Notes under the pieces: model-generated
Told to the model about the DNA's origin: nothing
Database searches by the model: none
The model's input: only the letters and a program-made list of their open reading frames with translations
Assembly: GCF_964355755.1 (NCBI RefSeq)
Contig: NC_092677.1
Location: forward strand, 17,134,101-17,198,100
Source of the DNA: Antedon mediterranea
Lineage: Eukaryota > Animalia > Echinodermata
Reading direction: 5' to 3'
DNA: 64,000 nt
Program-made: the position numbers and the translations under genes
Shown here: positions 49,986 to 64,000 of the stretch, in pieces
Layout: the number at the start of each line of letters is the position of its first letter
Position numbering within the stretch: position 1 is the first letter of the stretch

Positions 49986-51879
49986 TGTACTGTACTTTTT
50001 TAACAGTCTACTATTTTCATAGTTTATAAAGTTTATTCTAAAATTAACCGATTCAAATATTTTTAAAGACCTAACAACTTCAGGCCACACCTCATGTTCA
50101 TTGTTTTAATGCAAACATTCAATAGCACTTAGATCTTGTATAAATCACATAGGTCATGTTCTCATAATGTCAACATAAATGTTACCATCTGTCCTCCCTC
50201 ATGTTCTTCCTATTTATTGTCAGCAGGAGAGACAAGCTGGAGGCAATGCTCATTTATCATTTTCCACTTAATTCTTTTTTTTTATTAAGATATTTATTGA
50301 TATTCTTCCCTTAATGTATATCTTATCAGCATGCCTGGCACGTGCTGTGGTTAAGTCACGATGATAATGTCATTTTGAGTCGTTCATTAAGTTTCTATTA
50401 TCTAATCACATGACTGTAAGTAAATTATTAGACTAAATGCATACGATATCAAAAAACTACAGCTATTACAAATAATGAATAGAATATGTCTCTTTCAACG
50501 AATAAAAATAAATTGTATATCCATGACTACAAAACATTTATTTTATAACACATATTTTCTAGGCTAAGCCAATAAACAAAATATCACACTACTCCAAATT
50601 TATCTAAAAATCGCATACAAAAATTGATATTCTAATATAACCTAAACACACTTTTAAAAGGTTTCACAGCACGAACAGAGAGTGTACACTTTTGTTAGGA
50701 GGGGTATAAAGGGCAGTACACAACAGCTTTTATAATAAAAAAATTGTTAGAAAGTAGTCCTCCATGTTCCAAACCATTTCAAAGCACTTTGATTTAAATA
50801 ATTTAGATTTATATATTGAGTTTTAATTCATATATACATAATGAAAATATTGCTATAGTTTTGGCAGAATCTTAAAATGTCATTTAAGTGGCAAACACAT
50901 TGAACTTCTTGGCAATGATATCTCTGATGTTCTCAGAAATTTACATTATCTAACTTCACCTTATGTTTGGCTCAATATAAACATACTACTTCAAAACTAT
51001 ACACAAACATTGACTACAGTTTATCATGCCTTGTTTCAAAGATGTTGATACTTTTCCAAGAATAAACATATGTTAAGTTGATAAATTTGATTAGTGTTGT
51101 TGGTGTTTTCATTACTGTTTTTTAAATGTTTATTTCAAATATATGTGGCGAAATGACCTGTTTCTTGTAGCATGGGCTGTGAACACATAATATTTGTGTC
51201 ATACAGCTGCCACTAAACGGTGCTCATTTGTTTGTTCACAATGACAGTGGAGATGGACTACTAGACCAGAGTAAATACTCCTTATCTGAATGATGCACAC
51301 AAGACATATGTGTACACTGGACCTCCGGTTTTAAGTACTAATAGCTGAGAAGACTTTGTGCAGAAGCATTATTGAGAAGAGCCTTGAATCTGTGCCGTTT
51401 GTATATTGGCTATGGTTTGTGGCACCCCTTGCCTTAAACCGCTCAATCACTTGACTCAACTCAACTATATTTGGAGAGGGTAACCCTAAACCCGCAAGCC
51501 AACTGTTATCCAGGGGCAATATTTTTTTAAGTTTATTGAAAATATATAAAACTAAATTTAAACTACAAACTATAAAATATAAAACATTACATTACATTTG
51601 ACAAATTAAGATAAAAAAAGTTAATATTAGCCTATTTTTAAAAAAACATGTTTTGTGGAAAATTGGGGTTTTTTTGTGTCAAATAATTTAATAACAAATT
51701 AACAAAAATAATACTACCAACATGGTCATATGACCTTTAGGGTTAGCATGTTTTTCAGTTTCATTGGGGCCTCAATTAATTTAATCTTAATTAAATTGTT
51801 TCAAGTTAATTAGCACTTTAATTAAAACAACTTGTTAGGGATGGCCTTCATACAATGTTGTATTTACATGTGGGTGGCC

Positions 51880-52709
51880 GGGTGCAGGTCAAGTCGGCCC
51901 CAAACCGTCTCGGCCAAAGTCAAGTCGGCCCCACGTCATGTCGGCCCCAAGTCAACTCGGCCTCAAGTCAACTCGGCCTCAAGTCAACTCGGCCTCACGT
52001 CAACTCGGCCAAAAACTAATCGGTCAACGCGGCCACAATAAAGTATGGAACGCAAAAAGTGCTTAATATTATTACGATTCTTACTATCCACGTTTTTAAA
52101 AAAATGAAGAAATAAAAAATATAATATCATATAAAAAAATGAACTCATTGCCGATATGAATAGAAGTACCCGCGTGTTACAAAAAACACGTGCAGGTACC
52201 GTATTTTAGGAAATCGAAGACGGAGGCCTACTACGTTCCACCATTTGGCCGTAGAAAAAATGATCGTACATCGTTTTTGTGCATGATTTGCGTTTTTTAA
52301 AAAGGGGAATCCCCCGGTCAGCGAAAACACGTAGCAGTTGTAGATATCGAAAAAGCTGGCAAACGCGCAGGGAGGCTCAGCTACGAAATTTTATTAAACG
52401 TAAATAAAGGAAAGTTGGTGAAATCATTCCTATTTTTTTTGCTAAATATATTATTGTCTAAATAATAATATTCATTAAAAGTCAGAATTATTCATAGTTA
52501 AAAAATTGTGAAGAAATATTATTTTATCAATCCCCTTCATTTGCACTTTTTGCGTTCCATACTTTAACGGGGCCGAGTTGACCGATTATTTTTTGGCCGA
52601 GTTGACGTGAGGCCGAGTTGACTTGAGGCCGAGTTGACTTGAGGCCGACTTGACTTGGGGCCGACTTGACTTTGGCCGAGACGGTTTAGGGCCGACTTGG
52701 ATCGAAACC
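51880..52709. mobile_element. Foldback/MULE-like MITE with ~180-bp modular TIRs
   Basis: TSD GGGTGGCC (51872-51879, 52710-52717); arms built of 16-bp AAGTCAACTCGGCCTC tandem units plus AAAGTATGGAACGCAAAAAGTGC, inverted at the right end. Confidence 0.85.
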
Positions 52710-53360
52710 GGGTGGCCAATTCCATCCTATTGTAGGTTAAGGATTGCATAGGGCCAAATTGCAGTAATAGTTATTATTATCACGTACTGTACATGATTTG
52801 AAATTGGTTTGGAAAGTTGGGCTTTACTTTTACCATGAGAATGATAGTTTAAGTCCAGTTGTCACTATCTCTTTATGATGGCTTAATGGTTATTTGAATA
52901 TGCTTACTGAATATGACCAGTTGGAGAAAATAATAGTTTATGCATCTCCAAAATTTGATGAGGGAGGGAATGACAATGTGAAACAAATATTTGTTGTTTT
53001 GCCTAAAGGCCTAATTCATTTTTGTTTATTAGTGTCAAGAAATTGTATTGTCCAACAACAATTTTGAAATAAATGTGTTTCTGTTTGGCAGTCATATAAC
53101 ATAATACACAACCTATATTAAAAAGATGTATACATATTTTTGATAATTAATTATAATAATATTGCTGGTGATTAGGTTCCACAACAAGGGAGTGGTGGAG
53201 TGTAGGCATGATGAAACAAAGAAAAGTAGTATACAAAAAAGTAATATAATATCAGAGTTAAGTTTATTAACTGGAGTTGTGTATATGAATAGGCAATGTG
53301 ATTTAAACAGATTTGCTGTTCCGGGAACAAGTATACCCACCTATTCGAAGACTAAATTAA

Positions 53361-53985
53361 AGCCCCATTCCCTACGTTTTTTAGATCTAATTTAAGATCA
53401 CAAACAATATTTAATGTAAAAATAGTACTATATGGTCCTATTGCGATAACTTTTTTCGTCTTTAAACGGTTAAAAATGTGAAAAATAAATCGATTCTAAT
53501 AATTATAGCGGCCCGCTATAAATCCCAAAATGCATTGCGCGCGGATTGATTTTTTTTTTTTCACCTGTAATTCGCCCACTTTTCGATCGATCGTGAAGGC
53601 AAAACAAATGGAAGACTCCTAACTTTTCAGCGAAAATACCGGGTTTTCCCCAATTTGTATCAACGGAGTCTGGCAAAAATAGAAAGACAATTAATGCAGC
53701 AACTATACAACGTCAGGCTAGGTATATAGCTAGCGTACGATGTTCGTACGTTATCGATGTTTACCAGCTAGGCCTACAAAACTAAGCCTAGCTAGGCTAG
53801 GCCTAAGACCGTCCACGAGAGGTCGATCGCCGCGAGCTACTTAGGTAGTGCATTGTTTCTCACTTTTTATCATAATTTACCATAAAACGTACATTTAAGA
53901 CAAGGAATGACATGGTTTAATGTTTTTAAAGTGATATATATGTATTATTTTCAAAAAAACGTCCAAAATTGCAGGGAAGGGGTCT
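53361..53985 (+). mobile_element. Kolobok-like MITE, copy 3 (625 bp)
   Basis: TTAA TSD, near-identical to 14816-15441. Confidence 0.88.
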
Positions 53986-54869
53986 TTAATTGTCTAAAAT
54001 GGAGAGTCTGCAGGCCTTAAATAGCTTTTTTAGGATTGCTGGTTAACACCTAAAGTTGAGTATTCCAATATTAGTAATAGCATTTTACATAAATAACAGG
54101 CGATGGTATTTAAGAACCCAAGTGTAGACTTTAATTATACTGTGTACCGTATTTACTTTCTGAATTTAGTCTCTTAGTATTTGTTGCCTTTGTCACATAT
54201 TAAATAAGCCCTACCACTTAAAAAGATTAAAATCAACTCTACACTTTTTTTTTGTTCAAAATAAATTCTACAGAGTAATCATTTATACTTAAATTGTTCA
54301 TTTTCCCAATTTTCATGAAAAATCTGGTACTCAAATTACCATTAGTAATTAATAAGAAGAGAATGAAATTGTTCCTAGTGTTACTAATTCCCTCTTTGAA
54401 GTTTCTTTTTGCTATATTGATAGTCCTGTAAGTGTTACAAATTTCAAAATTTAAATGACTATTTAATTCCCAAGTAGTTTTTAAAATGTTATTTCTAGAT
54501 TTTAAAACAAGATTCTGGATAAAACCCCATTGGCTATTTATAAAAATAAAATTGTGTTTGCCTTTAAAATTAATCTTTTTTGTTAGTTTTCTTGAGTACC
54601 CTTTGTATTGTATTTTAGGAGTGTTTTGGTTGTTGAATTTTGAACTAAAAAACTATTTTAAATTGTACTCCTAAATTGTAACAGTTTATTTCATCAAAGC
54701 TAGGATGATTATTTCCTACTGTTTATTGTATTAAAGTGTTACTGATCACAAAAGGAATTTTTGTTCATTTTGAAGAAATTTTATCTTCATACTCATCGAG
54801 ATTGCTATCTCTACACTGATCTGGTTATTGAACCTATTGGCGTACATTCATAGGTGCTTGGTTATCTAT

Positions 54870-55662
54870 GGGCCTGTTTCTGCTGCAACTGCTCAAAATA
54901 CGGTATAAAAATACGGTATAAAATACGGTATTTTTTATACCGTATTTTTTAGTACCCCGTTTCTGCTAACAATACTTCTTGGGTGGTCGTGTTAAATTTC
55001 ATCTTTTTTACCCAAATTGCCATTCATTTATTTGGTCGATAATTAAAAGTCGCAATAAAGGAAGTTTTACGTCTCACTTTCAACAGCCTAGCCCTAGTGA
55101 TAGAGATGTTGTGAGAGCACAGAAAACATCGTAATGGGGACAATTAATTCGTTCCCTCCCCGAGTTATTGTTTTTTGCAATGTTGTACTGCTTTCGCAGG
55201 CTCTTCAGCTTTGAGTTTACTTGCTTTGGAGACAAGTCTATTCCATACTCCTGCTTTATTTTTTTAGAAATGTCTTTATAAATGTGGTTGTCCCATTTAT
55301 TAGTTGGCCAGACATTTTAGCTTCCCCACACATATTTATTTAGTAAAACTGTGACGTCTTCGCTCCACATTTTCGCCGAATATATCTATACACGTGTGTA
55401 AAGCAGCTGACAGCGACAGAAAATAAAAACACGAATGTTGACCTTTTGTCATGTAAAAAAAAAATACGGTATTTTTTATTGGCAGCAGAAAATTTGTAAA
55501 TACCGTATTTTATCCACAAATTTTGTGGGGAAAATATGGTATACAAAATACGGTATATTTTTTATGAGCGCAGTTTCTGCTGCCAAAAATATACCGTATA
55601 TATACGGTATTCAAAAAATACTGTATAATATACAGTATTTAGTTGGCAGCAGAAACAGGGCC
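54870..55662. mobile_element. PIF/Harbinger-like MITE
   Basis: GGGCCTGTTTCTGCTGC ... GCAGCAGAAACAGGGCC; subterminal ATACGGTAT/ATACCGTAT repeats; TSD not clean. Confidence 0.75.
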
Positions 55663-57350
55663 TTCGTTATTCATAGAAACCTTATGTCAAAGTTAAATTT
55701 GTCATGAGTTTAGGTATAAAGTTTTTGCAATGAATGTACCTAACATAGATATAGATAAAAATGCCATTTTGTAGTTTTAATAAAGTTATTCACTTTTGGC
55801 AACAACAAAATTAAAGATTGTGTTTATAAAAAAAGACAAAATAAATAGTTACTTTTAACTGAAGGCAGTTGTATTCCTGATAATGAGATTCGGTTTTTCC
55901 TATCCAATTTTTTCGTCAGCGTGAATAACTATTTGATTTTGTTAAAAATTCATGGAGATAATACTCTTTAATGTATAATTTGTCGTTCCAATTGTACCAT
56001 ATTTCACCAGAAAACATTAAAACAATTATGCAAAGCATCAATTTTAAATTGAATCTATAAAAGATGTCATGTTTTTTGTATAACATTTTTTAATATATAT
56101 ATATATATATATTAGGAAGACAAAAATGTTAATTTTATATAAAAATATGCTCTTTGTGTATATAAAAAAAATTACAATAATTCTATACTACAGAAATGTA
56201 ATTCAAGTTGACATCATCTTAATTTTCACCTCTCTTAAAAAGTCTTTTTCCTCATTTATGGAAAACTAGATTCCCAATGATTTTCCTCTTTCGGTCATGA
56301 ACCTAAACAAATGACAACCAACCTTCATAATAACTAAACTTATCAATCAACCATATCAATTAAAAAGTCATTTTAAATCAATCAAATTTTGTAAAATTAC
56401 GCAAATATGTTTGAAACAAAATAAACCCACAGAAAGATTTTCATCTCTTGTAGACCCTTTTTACGAAGGCAAACCAATAACAATTACATAGGACCCAGTT
56501 TCTATTTATTCTCACTCAAAAATAATATTCTTGATAAATGTTTTTGAGAGCCCGACTTAATTGTTCTTGACACAACTCGTTCATAGAATTTGTAAATATT
56601 GATTGATCGTCTGCTTAATATACACCAGGATGTTCTATTTAATGGTGTGTTTTATGCCTGAAGTGGCTCCAGCGGGTTGTTGTGGATTTGGCAGGAAGGG
56701 ATCAGTCAATGATAGACACAGGCATAAGGAAATGAAGAGAATTTATGATTTTTTACTATACTGAATTGCTACTTATATTAAATTTACATTCGGAGCTAAA
56801 TTAGTTAAAGTTGTTTGAGTAAGTAGGCCTGAAAAATCTGTTAGAGGTTTCACCTGTTTATTACAAGCATACACAAAAGATGTTCTACAACAATTCTTTG
56901 AGTGGATCTGATAGGATAAGACTCAGTAGCTAGGCGATCATCTTTCTTCTCCTGTTCATAACTCTGATGCACGGCTGAAATAACTTAATATTTCGGTGAC
57001 CAAATAAATATTATAAATTATTTTCATAGGTTAGTCAAATCTCAGCGGTTCATGAATGTTGCACATAGAGGCAGTTACTAAACTATGCAGAAAGCCCCAT
57101 TTTTCCTGAAATGCCTGTTCAGACCAGCAGCGGAAGTGATGGTCAATATACAAAATGTTGCCATCCTACCTAGCCATTTCTTCTAGATAGATAGATAAAA
57201 ATTAATGTTGTTGCACAGTGAATTTTCAATTACATTTGACTTTTTTTTTGACAAGCGTGCTGAAAAATGTTGATTTGCAAGTATCCATTTTGGTGACAAA
57301 ATAGACCCTCCCTACAGTAACAGTGTATTTAAAATGTTTTAATAACATAT

Positions 57351-57494
57351 CAGGGCCGTACACAGGGGGTGGGGGGGGGGTGTGCGTACGCATTTTAAAG
57401 GGTCTTAAAATAAGTAAGTACTCAATATTATGAAAATGGTCCAAAATATATTAATCCGCACACCCACCCAAATAAAATCCTGCGTACGGCCCTG
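57351..57494. mobile_element. 144-bp hAT-like mini-MITE with 5-bp TSD
   Basis: CATAT|CAGGGCCGTACACAGG ... CCTGCGTACGGCCCTG|CATAT. Confidence 0.8.
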
Positions 57495-60400
57495 CATATA
57501 ACAAATTAATAGTCCTTATGTTTAATGCAAGCATGCAAAGTGGGTTGGTCAGTCATTGAATGCGCCACACTGATATTATGTTACATGCCATTGAACGTGT
57601 TAGTTGAAATTCACGCAGGAATTAACATTGGAAATGAGCCACCTATGTCTGGGCTGGCAGAGTATTCTAGTTTTGTTCAGTTATATAGTATAGATTATTT
57701 TTAATAATACAAATTATTTTTTATTAAAATTGTCAACAAGCTTTTGTGTGTTGCCGGCAGTGGGTCTATTAAGTGGATTAGGTTAAAATGACTTCCTTAA
57801 ATAATAAAAGTGAGTTTATCATTTAAAACAGCTTTAAAATATAGAGAAACACTGTCAACATTTTTCACTTTTAATCTAAGAAGAAAAGATAACAAAACAA
57901 TAACAACAACAAGGAAACAACAAAAATGTAAATCTTTAATTGTATTATTTAAAAAGCCTTTGAGAATTTATTTACTCAAAGCCTAAAGCCTAAACTTTAA
58001 AAACAAACAATGTTTAGTATGTTACATTTTTTCATAATATCAAAATTATATCTATATAAACAATAGTTTTTATGCAAGAGCCAGGCTTCAAGACAAATTG
58101 AAAATTATTTAAAAATATAAAACTGTCATAGCTCTAAATGACAGTGATTCTTATTTAGACATCGTAAAATACAATGCTTGATTATATCATGAGAATAATT
58201 CATCAGAATTTAAAAAACAGCTAAAGTTATTACAATATTTTAACTGGTAGGATGATGATGAATTAATTAATACACCAGACAAACTATATAATGCTAATTT
58301 ATTTCATTTAAATTAACTAATAATAATAAATAATTGAACAAGACTTTTGAATTTATTGACATGAGGTATTCACTTTCAATTTGTTTATGCATCAATGAAC
58401 AGCAAAGTCAATGACCCTAGGAATTTTGACAAGCAATAACAAGAAAAGATAATTCATAGAAGTTACTATGATAATTGACAAATTACAGGTATGTGTAAAT
58501 TAATTAAATTACCAATAGTATGGATGGTAGAGTTAATATATAGGCAAGTATGATTGAAGGTATTATACCTTCATGGTCTGCTTCTGCCATTTGATTGGTT
58601 AAAAGTTACTATATGATTCTGTGTGAGATTTGTAATGCAGGAGCTAGAAAGTTCTTTACAAATTACTTATTCACCCGTGCATATGGATCATACATCATAG
58701 AATGAACTATATCCTATCAAAGATTAAGGAAAAAATCATAGCCAAGTCTGTCAGAGGGGGTTGGAGTTTACGAAATAACCCTCCCTTTTGCTCAAGTGCA
58801 TTTTTCAAACAAGAGACCAGCAGCAAAAGTACTGATAAATAGACCAAACTTAATGACGATGTTATGGCCAGTTCTACCAGCCAGCAGGCAAATTATTTTT
58901 ATCTACTAGGTTTAGGCTTAAATCTATCTTTTCTTCAGTTGCTTATGCTTATAAGAAAAAAAGGAAACCCCTATAAAACAGATATTACCAATTGCAATAT
59001 TACTTAATATATGGCAATCATGGTATTGTGTTTTGTCATCAGCACAATACAGAAACTGAATATAATTGCTCATATAATGCATTTTCTCTATTGCTTAGTT
59101 ACCCTTGGTGTTGTTTGTATTATTGTTCTGCAATGACATATTAAAAACTAATGAAATCAACCTGCTTGAACACAAGACCCTGGGATTGTTAAGCAAGCAT
59201 GTTAAGCACCAAGTAGTGCCACATTAAATATATTATCTTTGATTGATTTAATGACAAGGAATATTATATACAAACGTCACATTTAGTTTATGATATTGAT
59301 ATTAATATGTAGAGCGTTTTATTACAGTTCATGGTTATTTTGCCATCAAACCCAATCAAGCATCAACACAAACTTTAAAGGAGGTTTCACCCCTCAGGGC
59401 AGGCAAAACTAGTGCGGATATAAAAATGCCCCCTTTACATCAGTCTCACCACACCAAGTTCCTCCCTATACCATTTTTTTAAGGAAGCTTTTTGAGACAG
59501 CCGTATTTGCGATTTATTACCCAGATGGCTTTAATCAGATTGCGAGTCTTTCCCGTTCTATCCATGCGTCAAATGTCACTGTCAGCAGTACTTTCCTACA
59601 ACTTTGTTTAAATGATAAATGTCTGTAGTTAAAAATTAAGTTAACATCTCTGGTTCTAGATGTAATTAAAGTTGCAGGCCTACATTATAGATGTCGGTTG
59701 TCATGAAATCATGTTTTTTTTTTTTTTTGTAATACTAATAATCTAATATGTATTAGTAAGCTAAGATGGCCTTGTGAAATTAAATTTTGTTGTTTTTATT
59801 ATTATACAGTATTATTGGTATTATTCAAACGAAAACCTGCACAAAGCCCAGTATTTATTTATTTTTAACATTTTACATAGATAAAATTTACTACATTATA
59901 TAATGTTCTTACAAATTGTCCATGGTGAGACAATAAATTAGAAAGATAACAAGACAATTGATCATTTAAAATATACAATTTAAGCATTCTGTTCATTATT
60001 TTATCATTTATTGAACTATATTTGGTCAATTTAACGTTTGTCCTTTCAAAATGTTTTAGAATTCATCTTTGCTTGAAAGATCTTTTTACTGTACGGTTAT
60101 GTGCTTCACTAACAAGTGTAATGCATACACAGCTGTGAATGATTTGAATGTAATTTTTCATATTAAAACAATAAATCTTTGTTTTCACAAGATTATTAAA
60201 TCCATATTTTATTAATCAAAATCATGTTGGTTGTGACTAAAGATCAGGAACAGCGATGTCATCAGGATTGTGTGACATGATCTTGTCCATCCGTGTTTTG
60301 AGACCAATGAACTAATGTTACCGGACCCTAGTTTAACATACAATACAATATTAGTATATTCAAATCCTGTATCATTTTTCCTCATCTCACAAAAGGATTG

Positions 60401-62741
60401 ACTGCAGTGGTGAAATCTATATTGTTCATTTCACTGGGAAGTGTCACCTTAATAAGAGTGTCCCAAAGGAGGTATTCTAATGGTTAGATACAAAATGAAT
60501 ATATAAAGAATACAAAAAGAAAAAAAAACTCCAATATTCAATTATAATTCTAAAAGCCTCAAACTCATCTTAGTAGATACATTTGAATTCTACAAAAATG
60601 TAAATGTATTTTGACACAAACTGCATGCAGGGCATGAACAAAAGTGTAAATCCCGGAGGATAGCCCCAGGGGCGCACACTCACCTTTTTGGCAACTAAAA
60701 TTAAAATTATGAACTACTCTCCGATATCTATTTTTAACAAACTATTAATATCATTACCTCTTCCCTGAACAAAAAAATTGATAACAACAATATAATATTA
60801 TTATTATATTGTTATCAATTTTTTAAAATTAAAATAACTATATTGTAATTGTATAATAATTATATTATATTTACCAACATCTGGAGTAGACACACTATTT
60901 AACGAGTATGAAATTGTTTATTTTTTATCACAAACTTTCAAAACAAGGTTAGTGGCCAAAATAAAAAACAATTTTGTGTTTATTTTGTTTGATGTAAATT
61001 CTGACACCTCACGTTTTATCTAATACACTTTAATGAGTGCCATTTATTCCTGTGAGTCTTAGTTAATGTTTGATGAACTGTCGGGACCCAAACCTGTCAA
61101 TAGAATAATCTAGGGGGAAAAAATATTACAAAGGTTTCTATGAAATATGACAAGTGAGTATTAAGGTGCATGTATTTTGAATGTAGAAGATAAGTAATAC
61201 AACGTTTAAGTTGACAATAGAAAACCATTTGGGAGATTTTCAGGACACGTTTTTTGAAAAAAGGTTAAACTTATAAAATCATATTTTCAAATTGTGTTGC
61301 TTTTTTGTTACCGATATGGCATGTTGAGAGATATTATGGCGTAGTTATAAGGAATATCTGACTACCAAGTCCTACCTGCCTGTACCGATTGATTGTATCC
61401 TTAGATGATGGGACATTAACAGCTATTTGTCCTGTGTACATAGAATGCACATTCAAAAGAATTGAAACCCAAATATTTTGAAAGATAAGTAATAAAACAT
61501 TTATGTTGACAATTTGAGAGATTTTCATGACAGTATTTAAAAAAAAATCAAAACTATAAAATTTAAAGCCTGTACACAGATTGGTTATTCAAAAAAAGCA
61601 AATGCCTTGTCTCCTGGTGAATTTTATTGATACCCTAATAAATAAAGCCCAAATTAATATCAATAATGATTTGATATGGCAATTCTAATAAAGACAGGTA
61701 AATATATAGACCAGCATGATGATCGTGAAACTGTTAATATGCTGTAAAAAGGTGCAATGAACGCTTGTCAATTTGTGTTTAGCAACAATGATAAAAAAAA
61801 AAGTAATCAACATTTAACTCTAGAATATCATTAAAGTAGATGCCAAAAGGGACAAAGAATGCTTATCTGTTTGTGTTTAGTAACAAGGCTCTCATGTGGG
61901 TACATAACTTAATTAACATGCATTCAAAGGTAAAGCCTTCTAATGCTACTGTGGCAGTGACAATTTGGACACAACCTAATTTTCTCGTTTCCACTTTGAA
62001 ATCCTTAAGATTAGGTTGGGAATCCAATTCATGACATTGCACCAATTATGTAAAACACAGAATATGCTTTATAAGTTGTATATGTTGTAATCTATGTAGA
62101 CATTAAGCTACTGTAATACTATTGAAATAAACCAGGTAAAACGTAAGTTTCCGATTTCCATTTTGGAATCTCATGCATTAGGTTGGGAATTGAATTCATG
62201 ATATTACACAAATTCATTTCATATCTTGATTTATCAAGGGAATGTTATAAGATTATAGACTTTTGTTCCGAATATTAAATGTAATTATAACCTGGAAAAA
62301 ATGCTTTGTATAGTTATTCTTTTTCATCCAATACTTTCCTCTGAAACTTGCAGCTATGACTTTTAATTTTTTTCTGGCTTTATAAAGGCACTTAATGTGA
62401 CTTTATGCTAATTACTGAAATCATATTTTGATCCAATTATTACTATAACTAATGTCTGTTGATAATGAAAATTTAGCTGATTCTTGTACGGTATCATGTC
62501 TAGCAATAATAAACAGTCTACAGTTGACAGCAACATGCCCAACCATAACTCCTATAAGTATTAATCTAATCTAAAAAATCTATTAAAATACATTTTTGGG
62601 GCTGATCGCCTGTCTTATGAAGCTAACGTACTGAATAATCGGCTACTGTATATACTGTCTGACGACGGTGTACAATGCCCAATAAGAAGGTTGATGTCTG
62701 CTACTGCATGCTGTATATTGTCACTAGACAGGATACTGTAT

Positions 62742-63584
62742 GGCCCTGTTTCTGCTGCCAATCCCAAATATACCGTATAAATATACCGTATATATACCGT
62801 ATATGAAATTCGTGCACCGTTTCCGCTGCACATACTTCGTGGGTGGGCTGTAAAAAAAGTTGGCTTTCATATACCCAAAATGCATTTTGTGAGACGGAAG
62901 TATGGATTGACCTAGAGTCTCGTGTAGTGAGGTTACATGACAAAAACAAAACAATGATGGTTTCTCAAAACGTCTTAGCATTGCTTTTTATTTTAAATCT
63001 AATGATCAGAAGTGGCAACGAATTTACATCGCACAAAGAATCTAGAAATGTAGAATGGGCATTGACTACATTTATGCAAAGAAGACGACGGCGTTTGCCG
63101 ATAACTTTGGCGTTATTAAGTCTACCACAAATTCTGCTTTTATTTTGTTTGAGATACTTTTGTAAATCTCGGTATCTCTTCTGTTGCCATGTAGTCTCCC
63201 TCCAACCTTCGCTTCTCCCCACAATTGAATTGCAAAAATAGTTATTTCTTCAGTCCACAGTGATATTTTGATCTGTTGCTTGCTTATTATACACGTGTGT
63301 GTCAATGCAGCAGAAAAACCAAACAAACGCATCACGCTCTGTTAGTTTTTGACCTCGTGTCATGGGCCGGGTCACATATACGGTATATTTTGAGTGCAGC
63401 AGAAACGGGGTACGAAATATACGGTATATTTTGGAATATACCGTATAATATCCACAAACGATGGGGATATTTATGCGGTATATATACCGCATATATATAC
63501 GGTATATTTTTTATGAGACCCATTTCTGCTGCCAAAAAATATACCGTATATATACGGTATATTTTTGGCAGCAGAAACGGGGCC
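62742..63584. mobile_element. PIF/Harbinger-like MITE (843 bp)
   Basis: TAT|GGCCCTGTTTCTGCTGCCA ... TGGCAGCAGAAACGGGGCC|TAT (3-bp TSD); many ATACCGTAT subterminal repeats. Confidence 0.85.
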
Positions 63585-64000
63585 TATGTGAGTGTATAAT
63601 TTCAGACATTTTGTTATGAGACTTGGTTTAATGAGTAATTTATGTGATAGTTGTCAAAGAATATTAATTATTTATTTTCTATTTGAATAACAGTGCCACT
63701 TTGTGCCATGAACATATTGTTTTGATAATGAAAGTAAAAGTATACATTAATCACATTTAAACTATCAACAATCAGGTATTGTCAATTCATTGTTATAACT
63801 CATTCATTTTGTTAGTTTTTCATGTGAGTTATATTATCAAATTATGTTCATCCAAATGGCACGTATTGAGAAAGCAAGCGCTATGAATTATGATTGAAAA
63901 GTGACCTTTTTGTAACCATAAATAGTAAATATATCGAAAGTGTACATTCAGCAAGATCTTCATGTGAAAGAAAGCCTTGGTTACACTGGTCTTAATTTGG

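Noticed and set aside
62615-63599. Cluster of overlapping 60-130 aa ORFs
   Set aside because: They fall in or overlap a Harbinger-like MITE with ATACCGTAT repeats; no transposase or other domain motifs.

Overview
AT-rich animal genomic DNA with GT-AG introns and many transposons; an invertebrate deuterostome is plausible from a Deu/Nin-type SINE, but this is inference. Two host genes are supported. (1) WWOX on the minus strand: 7 coding exons at 4726->291, with the last exon beyond the left edge. (2) A two-coding-exon, 659-aa minus-strand gene (35420->33301) that fuses 8 copies of an unrecognised basic motif (KTYxDNxxNRxxGRVGM) to a non-RD TKL-type protein kinase. Its candidate TATA + NF-kB + ETS promoter and non-coding first exon lie about 7 kb upstream (~42400-42600). 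The rest is non-coding and TE-rich: an internally deleted Mag-like Gypsy LTR element with identical LTRs, a 5'-truncated CR1-group LINE nested in a hAT-like element, and a Penelope remnant with a minimal hammerhead ribozyme split by a hAT MITE. It also holds a Deu-SINE, Helentron-like elements, many MITEs (Kolobok-, piggyBac-, Tc1/mariner-, Harbinger-, hAT-, foldback-like) and several tandem repeats. Most short ORFs in the track are spurious. All calls were made by eye; no database search was run.
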